From contig NW_003314282.1 of the NCBI RefSeq assembly GCF_000143415.4, positions 35,700 through 99,699 of the forward strand: 64,000 bases of DNA, written 5' to 3'. Positions within the stretch are counted from its first letter, which is position 1; every line of letters begins with the position of its first letter. The DNA comes from Selaginella moellendorffii (lineage: Eukaryota; Plantae; Lycopodiophyta). Of this stretch, positions 23,278 to 35,124 are shown in pieces. The position numbers and the translations under genes were made by a program. The notes under the pieces are model-generated. The model was not told the DNA's origin. It was given only the letters and a program-made list of their open reading frames with translations, and did not search any database.

Positions 23278-26200
23278 TGTGAGACACAAAATCCCTAGGC
23301 CCCAAAGTGGAGCCGGAAAGGGTGCCACGTGGTAGTGGCCGAAGCGAAAGCCAAACGAGCATAACACGTTTGGACTAAAAGCTCCGACTTGGAAGGTTGA
23401 GAGCAGGAGTGAAACTCTTAACAAAATGCTCAAGGAGTGAGCACGACGCGAGCAATAAGCAAGGCTCCAAAAAGGGACCCAAAAAGGACCAACACATGAC
23501 ACGTGGAAGTGTCCGAGATGGAGTCCGAGATGGACCCGAAGTGGAGTCCGAGATGGAGTCTGAGATGGACCCGAAGTGGAGTCCGATATGGAGTCCGAGA
23601 TGGAGTTTGAGATGGAGTCCGATATAGAGTCCGAGATGGAGTCCGAGATGGACCGAGATGGAGTCCAAGATGGACCCGAGGTGGAGTCCAAGATGGACCC
23701 GAGATGGAGTCTGAGATGGACCCGAGATGGAGTCCGAGATGGACCCGAGATGGAGTCCGAGATGGAGTCCGAGATGGACCCGAGATGGAGTCCGAGATGG
23801 AGTCCGAGATGGACCCGAGATGGAGTCCGAAGTCGAGACTGAGACCGGGACCAAGACCGGGACCGAGACCGAGATCGGGACTGAGACCAGGACCGAGGCC
23901 GAGGCCGAGACCGAGACCGAGACCGAGTCCGAGTCCGAGTCCGAGTCCGAGTCCGAGTTCGAGTCTGAGAGGGTGAAAGCCCAAAGCGTTCGTCTCCCAG
24001 ACCCTGGGGGGTTTGGTGAGCTCCAAAAGTATAGTAGGGGGAGGACTGCAGTGGAGCCAGTTTGGCCAGGAAAGGCCAGTTTGGCCCAGGAAGGCCGGAC
24101 CCAGTGTTGGGTGATGAGCTGCCCACTGGGAAGTCCAAGACTAGAGTGAACACGGACCGACAAGTGGGATAGCTTCGTGAAGTGTTCAAGAGCTGGCTCT
24201 AGTTCCTCCGGGAGATCGACTGGCCGATGCTCCTAGTCCAAGTGTGGGTGGCACTACCTACTTGGATACCTGTCGTGGCTCAACGGAACCTCGCTCTAAG
24301 CCCATGGCTAGAGCACCTAAAGGCGGAAGGCGGGGAGAGTACCCAGGTGGCTCGCGTAAGGCCACGGTGTTTCGAAATGTTGTCCCAAAGGCCCAGACTG
24401 TGGAAAGGAAGAGGAGCAGTCCTCTGGGGTAGTGAATAAGGACACAGTCGTGTGGTGAGGAAGTCCCAGAGGACCATGGGACTTAGTGGTCGGGCCTGTG
24501 GGCCTCGATCCAGTGGCAGTGTCGGCAAACACGGCCAGGGGTAGAAAGGGACTTAGTGGGGACTGACAGAGGGATATTGGGGAAGGCTATTCCCCTTGTT
24601 GGTGGGCATCCTAAGGATGCTAAGGAGTGGATCTGAGATGACCACTCACGGATGGTTTGCCTAGTCTTGGAGAGCCAAGACTGTGATGCAAGTGGTATTG
24701 GACTACCAGTGTGGCAAAGGTGATTGGGCATAGCCTTAGCGTAACAGGCTGCCATGTCGGTGGTACCTTTGAGTGTCGGTCGTGGGATCTGACACGTGGA
24801 GCACTTGGACCAAGTGCAAATGTTGAGTGGCATGGATGCCATTCTAGGGGCTAGCAAGTCCCAAGTCCTGAATTGGACTTATGGAGGTTGTGATTGAGAC
24901 TCCTCCAAGTGGTCGGAGGTGTGGTTAAGTGACTAAAGTAGAATGGAAAATTTAGTCGCTTACAATTTGGTATCGGAGCCGTTCCTTAGTCTGACTTTTA
25001 TTGGTGCTCAAGTATATCACCATTGATGTTGGCATCGGAAGGTCCTAGGAGTGGGCCTATCCTGGAAGAGTAGCATGTCGAGAGGACATGGCTCTCCACT
25101 CAAGTTCATGCGTGAACTTGGGCACAATGTGGTGGATAGAAAATGGCCAATAATGGAATGACTTTGGGATCTTGGGAACAGTATAAGGTCTCCTCAGAGA
25201 GCTGAGGATGTGATCCAAATGAGCGTTTGACACAGCAAACGGGCTAACGTAGTTGTGGTAAATAACTATAGTTGGGATCACGGGAAAGATGTAGACTCCA
25301 AAACAATAAAGGAGTCACAAGATTATCCTTATATAGTTGAGGTTGGTGCTCATAAATGTGAGACTAGAGGTAATGACCATGGGAGGTCAAATACGGGAGA
25401 GGACTCAAGTCCTTGAAATGGTAGCCGGAGCTACCTTTAATAAATGCTGGAACAATCCAAGGAGTTGGGGGGTGTACTTAGAGATGAGTTGGTATTCTCA
25501 TCATATGGACAAGTAGTCCTAAAGGGCAAAGGTTGCCCCAGAGAACAAAATCAAGTGTCAGAGTAACACTTGTGAAAATAGTCCTTTTGAGTAGGACAGG
25601 AATGCAATAAGTGTATTCCAGTGAGCTAGTGCCTCACAAGTAGGACCTTACAGGTTTGTGGATTAACCAAGTCCAAAACTGTTGGATGACTCAAGTAGAG
25701 TCAAGGGATGGTCCTAAAAGGACTGATGGAAGCATTTGGACTGAAGTGTGTTGTACCCCACGAAGGATGGGGGGGGGGGATCATAGGATCCAAGGATGAG
25801 AACAGAGGGTACTTCATCGATGGCAAAATGTGCCATGCTAAAGTCGTGGGAAAGGTGTTCCCAAAAAGAAAACAACTTTGACACAAAGTTGTGTGTGACC
25901 TCTATAGTGTAGTGCTAACGGATGGTTGGCATGAGAAAGAGTGGTATTGGTCTTGACAAAGACTTAAACACAAAGAAGAAGTGTCATAGAGGTAGGCTCA
26001 TGAAGCTGATGGTGTGGAGACACCAAATGTGCCAAGGTGTGATACCTTGAGGCTATGTTGGTGAGTTCAAGAGAACCCCTTGCCAAAGGAATCCCAATAG
26101 AAATGGGAATGGCATAGCCTAAGCTGCAGAGCATGTAGTTAGAGTGTGGTGACCCAGATAATGATGGAGGTGTGGAAGCACCAGCAATGAGTTGTAGGAC

Positions 26201-29200
26201 TTGACAACTACGAGGCAACTAAGCAAGAGGTGCAAAATAATTGGTTAAACGGGTAGAAGGTAGTTACCCAAGCCTTCTTAATGGCATAGGGAAGTGAATA
26301 TACCCTTACGGGGGATAAGTTGCTTATGTTGCGATATAGTAAGTCAATGTCATAAAAGGAAATACTCATTGTTAAGGAAGCCGTTATTGGGACACCCAAA
26401 CACTCTAGAACACCAGAAGGTGGTGTTTGATGTCGCGAGGGTAGTAGATAAGGCCCAAGGGACTAAGTCCCTAGCAAATGATGGATAGTAGGTGTTATCC
26501 AAATGTCCAAGGTGGCGGAGACAGAAAAAGACTGTCTACTCGAATTGGACAAAGCCAAAAATGGAATTTTGGCAAGGCTAGCAATGGGCATGCAAAGGCC
26601 CGTAAGCAACAACGTAATCCCGGTGTGTGGGATTATAGGGTGAGCATACCTGGATTGAGGAACCACTCCCTAGGCTATTGGGTAGGTTCATCCCTAAGAA
26701 TACTTGCTAAGGCATGATAGAAAGTGTAAAGCTATCTTCCTGGTCTGGAGGGGAATGACCGAAGGAAAGGTGTGAAGCCAAAAGCAAGAAGTAAGGGGAT
26801 AGAACCGAACCATAGGAATCGAAGGGCATAACCAAGGTTGGTTATGCCAGCTGGGAGTGGAAAATCAAGTGGGGGCTCGAGGGTGTTGCTGCTAACAACC
26901 GTGATGCCATGGAGAGTCTAAAATATGGAATTGTCCATATTAAACTATATAGTAATTGGAAAGCTTGCAAAAAGGGAGGCCTTAGCAAGCTAAGGGACAA
27001 AGTTCCTTCAAGGTTCCCAAAGAGGATTCTAGGTAACTTAGTATCTAGAAAGGCCAAGCGTAAGTGGTTCAAGGAACGCGCGAAATCAGAGTGGCGCAGC
27101 AGAAGCGTGGTCTTGAAGCTTGCCATGAGGCAAGGCTATCAAGGTTAGGGAAGTAGTTCCTGAGTGTTCAAAGAGAGGGCTTTGAACGAAAGTCGATGAC
27201 CAAGGGCTTTCACGCTTGTGCAGGAACCATGTTACAGTGGTCGGAGGACTTGCCAAAGCGAGATTGGCAAGTCAGGGGAACAAATACCCTAGTTGAAGGT
27301 AATAACTTCAAAAAGGGTGGGCTATGGGGCCAAGCATGGAGGAGTCCATGCATGATCACAGGCTTGTCAAGTGAGAGGACTTGGCAGTGGGGAGGAACTA
27401 GGTTCCTAAGCTGTGATCTATAGCGCGCTTTGAGTATAAGTTGGTGCACCGGCGTGGGGAGTCACGCTAGGCATCTTAGGTGATGCTGTCCGTAGATGCA
27501 TATACGGAGGTTGGGTTCAAGTCCCGACCCTCTAGTGCTTGGGTTTGAGTCCCAAATCATTAGGGCATGGTGAAGGTTTGGAATATGAGGACACTCATAT
27601 TTCGGTGGTCATGGACTCTCAATAAGGATATTGGCTTGGGCACACCGCCAAGCGGGGGATGCCCCGGAGTCGTGATGCACAGTTAGATTGCTTAGTGTGG
27701 CTCAACATATCTAACTTGAACACTTTGGTGCAAGTGGCACCAAGGACGTGGTGAATGAGATGGGGACACCCAGTCTCAGTTGCTATGGACCCTTGGCTGG
27801 AAGGGCTGGCTTGGGCGCACCGCCAAGTGTGGGGGATGCCCCCGGGGTCGTAGTTAACAAGTTAAAGGTCTGGAAGACCTAGTACCTATTGGCAAACCTG
27901 TTAAGGTGCCGAGGTGAGATCACTAGGTGATCTTGTGGCTAAATAAGGACAAGGTCCTTGTTTAGGCTAAGGAATAAGGTTCCTAGTTCAAAGTGTTGAT
28001 TTGAACTATTGATGATGGTGTGGCTTGGTCAAGGTGACCAAGTGGGAAAAGCACCTTAGGGAAATGAGCTATGTCATTGCGATGGTGTAGTGTGTCCAAG
28101 GAAAGTAGTCTCTAAAGAGACCCATGGGAGGGTCACAAAGTTGGGCCGTGGATAGAGCCCACAGCAGAAGATTACCTCAAGAAGGGGGGTAAAGATTTGG
28201 TGTTGTTTGGTGCAACAATCAACGGATAGGAGCAAACGATGAGTGGCCAAAATAGGGCCGTGGAATCCCTTGGAAGGAATCCAAGTGACAAAGTTAGGCG
28301 AGGAACACTAATGTGTTGGACGCTAACAAATTGCGGGAAAGGAAGTGTGTTTCCAAGGATGGATTCCGAATTGCTCCGATTTGGCGAAAGTGGAAGCTCC
28401 AAAGAAGGGAGTGGTAAGGTAGCCAAATGATAGGGCCATGGACAGCCCTAGCACAAAGTATGATAAATGGAACTTAGTGCCTAAGGGGGCACGAAATAGA
28501 AGAGAGGATGATGGTGCCCTCAAATAATGAACTTCCTAGGATGGGGAAGTGGAGTTGCACAATCTGTGCAATGCAAGGTGTTGGAGACACCTAGGAAATT
28601 GACTTCCAAAAGTCAAAAGAGTAAAAGTTCCAAGGTGCAAACGTTCGATAGATGGAAATTGAGACTATTCGAGAAGGAGTAGTGGGATTGACTTAGAGAA
28701 GGGGTCTCTAAGAGGTTTAGCGAGAACTAAACCAATAAAAGGAAAGAACCACTACACGTGGTCCAATCAGTCTCTAAGTTGGAGAGACTACCCTCCTTAG
28801 AGGATGGGCAAGGCATAGTGAGCCTTTAGTGTCAAACCATTGACGAATATGGAAAAGGCATGGTGAGCTTTCAATGTCAAATTATTGACAAATATTGGCT
28901 AGGTGCCAAGGATGGAAATGGTAACACATGCAGGTGTTACTTTATAAAATAGTTTATCGTTCGATGAGGACATCAAACTTCGTCTATGGGTGGTGGAGTT
29001 GTGAGACACAAAATCCCTAGGCCCCAAAGTGGAGCCGGAAAGGGTGCCACGTGGTAGTGGCCGAAGCACGACGCGAGCAATAAGCAAGGCTCCAAAAAGG
29101 GACCCAAAAAGGACCAACACATGACACGTGGAAATGTCCGAGATGGAGTCCGAGATGGACCTGAAGTGGAGTCCGATATGGAGTCCGAGATGGAGTCTGA

Positions 29201-30565
29201 GATGGAGTCCGATATGGAGTCCGAGATGGAGTCCGAGATGGACCGAGATGGAGTCCAAGATGGACCCGAGGTGGAGTTCGAGATGGACCCGAGATGGAGT
29301 CCGAGATGGACCCAAGATGGACCCGAGATGGAGTCCGAGATGGACCCGAGATGGACTCGAGATGGAGTCCGAGATGGAGTCTGAGATGGACCCGAGATGG
29401 AGTCCGAAGTCGAGACTGAGACCGGGACCGGGACCGAGACCGAGACCGAGATCGGGACTGAGACCAAGACCGAGGCCGAGGCCGAGACCGAGACCGAGTC
29501 CGAGTCCGAGTCCGAGTCCGAGTCCGAGTCCGAGTCCGAGTCCAAGTCCAAGTCCGAGTTCGAGTCTGAGAGGGTGAAAGCCCAAAGCGTTCGTCTCCCA
29601 GACCCTGGGGGGTTTGGTGAGCTCCAAAAGTATAGTAGGGGGAGGACTGCAGTGGAGCCAGTTTGGCCAGGAAAGGCCAGTTTGGCCCAGGAAGGCCGGA
29701 CCCAGTGTTGGGTGATGAGCTGCCCACTGGGAAGTCCAAGACTAGAGTGAACACGGACCGACAAGTGGGGTAGCTTCGTGAAGTGTTCAAGAGCTGGCTC
29801 TAGTTCCTCCGAGAGATCGACTGGCCGATGCTCCTAGTCCAAGTGTGGGTGGCACTACCTACTTGGATACCTGTCGTGGCTCAACGGAACCTCGCTCTAA
29901 GCCCATGGCTAGAGCACCTAAAGGCGGAAGGCGGGGAGAGTACCCAGGTGGCTCGCGTAAGGCCACGGTGTTTCGAAATGTTGTCCCAAAGGCCCAGACT
30001 GTGGAAAGGAAGAGGAGCAGTCCTCTGGGGTAGTGAACAAGGACACAGTCGTGTGGTGAGGAAGTCCCAGAGGACCATGGGACTTAGTGGTCGGGCCTGT
30101 GGGCCTCGATCCAGTGGCAGTGTCGGCAAACACGGCCAGGGGTAGAAAGGGACTTAGTGGGGACTGACAGAGGGATATTGGGGAAGGCTATTCCCCTTGT
30201 TGGTGGGCATCCTAAGGATGCTAAGGAGTGGATCTGAGATGACCACTCACGGATGGTTTGCCTAGTCTTGGAGAGCCAAGACTGTGATGCAAGTGGTATT
30301 GGACTACCAGTGTGGCAAAGGTGATTGGGCATAGCCTTAGCGTAACAGGCTGCCATGTCGGTGGTACCTTTGAGTGTCGGTCGTGGGATCTGACACGTGG
30401 AGCACTTGGACCAAGTGCAAATGTTGAGTGGCATGGATGCCATTCTAGGGGCTAGCAAGTCCCAAGTCCTGAATTGGACTTATGGAGGTTGTGATTGAGA
30501 CTCCTCCAAGTGGTCGGAGGTGTGGTTAAGTGACTAAAGTAGAATGGAAAATTTAATCTCTTACA
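23278..30565 (+). mobile_element. Non-autonomous (LARD-like) LTR element, family A, full length
   Basis: TSD TGAAG (23273-23277, 30566-30570). 5' LTR 23278-24964, 3' LTR 29000-30565 (TG...CA). PBS TGGTATCGGAGC at 24968, PPT GGGTGGTGGAG before 29000. The 4-kb internal region has no gag/pol ORF. LTRs are nearly identical outside the repeat array and a deletion of about 96 bp. Confidence 0.95.
23510..23965 (+). repeat. Minisatellite/microsatellite array in family-A LTR U3 (GAGATGGAGTCC, GAGATGGACCC, (GAGACC)n, (GAGTCC)n)
   Basis: Seen directly. Also at about 29137-29566 and 42986-43600 with different unit counts. Confidence 0.95.
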
Positions 30566-32388
30566 TGAAGCACTAATAAAACTTTGCACCCCTGTGATAT
30601 ATACATATCAAAGAGATGGTAAATAACCATCCAATCCAAATGTTGAAAGTTCATGTACGTCACAATCATCCCTTTGAAGGTTTAAACGAGCCATTCCACT
30701 CAACTATCTGACTATGAATGATAAATACTCATGAAAGTGTGGCATATCCTCAACCAAGATATCAAAACATGAAATGCCTTAATTATAAATGCAAGATGAT
30801 TATCTGAAAGAATCCACTCCAAACAAAAATGTTGGAATACCACTCGATTGAGGAGGAAGTACCTAACAGTAGTTGCAAATTCGCTAGCAAGAGCACCAAT
30901 TTCTACTCAAGGAGTCAAGTAATCAGAAGCAATAATAACATACTCGTTACTAGTGATTGATCGTGGAAAAAGTCTTATTAAATCAAACACCATCAACTCA
31001 AATGAATGGGAAATTGCAATTGACTCTAACCATCCTTCTGCAACATGAGGGAGAGTATTACGAGCTTGGCACCAAATGCAACTACACATATATCAGATAA
31101 CGTCATATTGCATTTCCAGCAAATAGAAAGATCTATACAGTTTCTCAATCACAAGACGATGTTTTAAATACCCACATAAAATAGGAGAATTATGGTAGGC
31201 ATAGAGAAAATATGGAATAAAGATTGAAGACACCACCAACTGTAAATAATCATCAGGATTCATCCCCACAAAAAAAAGACCATCCTCAAAGTGATATTGA
31301 GAATGTAAATATCAAAATGGTAAGCCATTAGCAAGTGATGTAGAATTTTCAAACCCATTGTGAAGCTATCAAATCCATGGCTCAATCTTTTGAGCATCAT
31401 GAACTTTATAAAGAGAAGGTAAATTTTGTTTTGCACCTTATGGACACTAAATGTCAAGGACAACAACTGTTGATGGTATGGAATTTTTGTCCAAAAAATC
31501 CACATATGCTGGAATAACAAACTCGTAAAAAACATAAGAAGAGAGTGAAGAAGGAAGAGAAGTTTGAGAAAGGGCATCAACATCAGCTATAAAACTCTCC
31601 AGGCGATGAACAATATCAAAATTATATATTTGAAGCTTCAAAGCTCACCAAGTAGTATGGCTAACTAAATTCTTCCGCTTCAATAATGAAATAATTGTAG
31701 CATGATCACCTTTTAGTAACATCCGAGAACCATGTAGATTTGCATGAAGTTTCTCAAAACCCCAACTGCTATTAAACATTCTTTCTTTGTTGTGGAGTAG
31801 TTCACCTCCACTAGTTGTAATGTACAGTTAATATATGTAATAGGATGGCATTGATTAAGCATACTCGGGCTCTCTTGCATCAACATCTAAGACCGATATC
31901 AGAAGTATCCACACGCAAAATGAAAAGTTGAATATAATCAGGATATACCAAAATCAGAGGAGTCGTCAATAGCCTTTTGAGATCTACAAACGCCCACTCA
32001 CAATCCACAGATTAGATGAAAGATGATGTTGACAACTTCAACAACACTCGCAACGGTGCAGTGTGATCAAAAAAATAATCAACAAAATGACTGAGATACT
32101 GCATCTTGCCTAGGAAGCCCTGTACATCATTTTCACACTTCGGAGTAGGAGACTTTAGAACAGTTAGAAGTTTGTCAAGATCAACTTGGAAACCTTCACA
32201 AGAAATAAAGTATCCAAGATAAGTCATATTTTTGGACCCAAATATGCATTTCGATCATTTCAGCTTTAAACCAACTTCTCGTAGTTGATCCACAGACATA
32301 TTCCTCCCATGTCCCCTCCAAATGAATGAAAATATCATCAATGAAGTCAACAGTCATCTCTAGCATATCGTAAAGAACCTTATCCATC

Positions 32389-33535
32389 TGTCGTGAATGT
32401 GACTTCAAGTATCGAAATTACCTGTCGGTCAGTCTTTACGAACACTCTTTCCTTACTACCACGACGGCAGAAGGTCGGTATTGCTGGACCCTTTATTAGT
32501 CCCTCTTGTGCTAGTGGAGTTAATTGGGCATTTCGAGTGTATTTAGACCGGACGAGCATAAGGACGGAATTCTTATGTGTTATTAGCTAAGCATACTTAG
32601 CCCAGTAAGGAGTTCCCGTCTTGTTGTGTCTTGCATTTGCTAGTGACAAGAACCCCCACGATATTGAGATTGGTCCCTCAATATTCGCTAAATGATAGCT
32701 TACCATGTCTACCAAACACCCTCGCTATCATGCCCTTTGTGTTAGTTTCATTTCAGTCCCAAATGCTATTTATAGAAAGTGTCTAAATTTGCTCATTTGG
32801 CATATTTATGGAATGTAGAGATCGTTTTAAACACAATGGTGTTCATCTCGTATCCAAATTTGCAATCTAAAGACATTCCATATTTAGTAAGTTTCAAGCT
32901 TGTCCTAGAGACTAACTTCTGATATTAAGGGAGGCTTGGGGTGAAAGCCCAAAGCGTGTGTTCCTCAAGGGGGGGGGGGCTATGGGGGGTTCTAAATGTA
33001 TAGTAGGGATAGTGGGTAGGTTGGGCATGGCTGACCAACCTAAGGCATAGTTTAGCTCCCACTTGTATGCTCGTCTTTGTTTGGCATCTAGCTTAAATCT
33101 AAGCCCAAGTTCCATTCCATGCTAGCTAGTGGAGTACCTATGTCCTTATGTTAAGCCACCGGTATGCCGAAATAGCACTAGACTCTGTTTGGCTCCGTTT
33201 TGCATGCTGATCCTGGCATTGAGATGTTGGTTGCTCTAGGATTGTTCCAAGTTGCTCTAGGCTCCTATCCCTTCACTCCTTGGGTTATATGCTCAGGAGT
33301 CGTTCTGTGCTTTAGTGCTAATGCTCCTTGGCTCCATGCTTGGGAGTTTTGCACCGTTCCTTTGTTCAGTGGCCCAAGGCCCTGAACCTCGGGTTCTGCA
33401 CCATTGTCCTATAAACACGTGGCATGTGACACATGGCATATAAAATGTGGCATATGGAGGGTTTAGGTTTTGCTTGATGGTGTTATCTTATGATAAATCA
33501 TCATAATATAAAGGGTAAAAACCATGTATGCTACA
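32389..33535 (+). mobile_element. Solo LTR, family B, inserted in the RT of element C
   Basis: TG...CA termini, TSD CCATC (32384-32388, 33536-33540), homologous to 35537-36686. Splits the RT motif FQQMM|DKVL. Confidence 0.95.
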
Positions 33536-35124
33536 CCATCATCTGCTGGAAAGTTGTTAAAGCATTGTTCAAACCATACAATATCACCAAGAATTAGTAC
33601 AAACCAAATAGTGTACAAAAAGTAGTCTTAGGAATATTTTCTTCAACTATCGGTACTTGCTAGTACTTAAAAGCAAGATTTAACTTGGTGAACTAACAAT
33701 TTTTCTCTAGACAATCCAAGAGATCAGTAGTGTGAGGAAGAGGGTACACATTCGGGATAATCACTTTGTTTAATAAACAATAGTTGATGCAAAAATAAAT
33801 ACTCTGATCAGGCTTTGTCACAAAATGGGGTTTATATGCCCAAGGACTCCACAACTTTTGGATAACATCATTTTCCAACATTTCCTTGACGTTTGCATGT
33901 AAAATCTTGATTTTTTTGAGTGACTAATGATGAATTAAAACCTTGATTGGACGAACATCCCTAGTTAGAATAGGATGACGTGTTACAATCTTGGCCCCAA
34001 ACGACAAATCAAATTCAAAGAGATTGGCATACTCCTTCATGAGCCAATCAACTGATGCAATACAAAGACTGTCAGAGGGATTGGAAATGGGAAGAGAGGA
34101 ATAAATGGAAATATAAGATAAAGTAATAGGGAGACAAAAGTGATAGAAGTAGAAGGATGAAGAAGTACAAAAATGAGAGGAATAGAAGAAATATAAAGAA
34201 ATATGACATAAGGGGGAGAAGCCTCAAAGTCACATTTGGCATGATTGTGCCACAACCAATTTATATCAAGGATGAGGTCAAAAGCTTAACTTAGCATCAC
34301 CCACAATGTTTGTAACTCAAGCTTAAAATCACCTACATACACAATTAGGTTTGCCTCATCCCATGCACATGTTACCATAAAGAATGAAAATTGGCTTTAT
34401 TGCACGACACAAATGTAGATGGCAATGTCAAGCAATAGAAGGTAAACTCAAACTTATATCAACCAACACAGAGAAAATAATAGAAGATTTTTTGTTATAA
34501 AAATGAGCTTGGAAAGTAATCATTGAATGAATTGATGTTGAGTGAGCCCCTTGATGATACTCCCGAAAGAAAGATAGAGGGGTCATTGACTTATTCGTGC
34601 AAGGTCCTTCCACAATTGTTTGTATGTCCAAATGCATGTTTAAAGATGTCTGAGAGAATATTTTAATTTTTACGAGTGGTTGTGCTCAAACCATTATATG
34701 AATGCAGTGCCATCCCTTGGAGACACATGGGAAACTCATGTAAACCTCAAGCATCATCCTAAGAATGATATATGGCAATTACCGTGAAGTGATCAAATCA
34801 ATAGTACATATTATCCCAAGATTCCCATGGAAGAATTCTGGTTGGATGCAAGGATTGGTAGCAAGAGTAGAATGAGATGTACCATATGCTGTAAATGTTG
34901 CCATTAACTGAGTCTGATTGTTTAGTTACAACCATATAGCATCGAGCAATTGCACCAATTACTACTCTAGAATCAAAGGAGGAGGAGGCTGCTACTCTAC
35001 TATGAAGATGAATAAAAAGAAGTTGAGAAAAAGTTAGAAGAAAAAGAAGATTTAGACAATGTAAAAGCTAGATCTAAACCAAAAATATTAAATCCTAGCA
35101 CTCCTCAGGGACAATTAAAGTTAT

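Noticed and set aside
23510-23965. Regular repeats as a possible CRISPR array
   Set aside because: No unique spacers, eukaryotic LTR context, no cas genes.
23224-24189. Long RS-, SD- or LG-repeat ORFs (also 28899-29790 and 42659-43882)
   Set aside because: Produced by stop-free tandem repeats in family-A LTRs, open in several frames at once; not SR proteins.
27446-27538. Bona fide tRNA gene
   Set aside because: Arm lengths, D-loop and anticodon loop are non-canonical; kept only as a tRNA-like finding.
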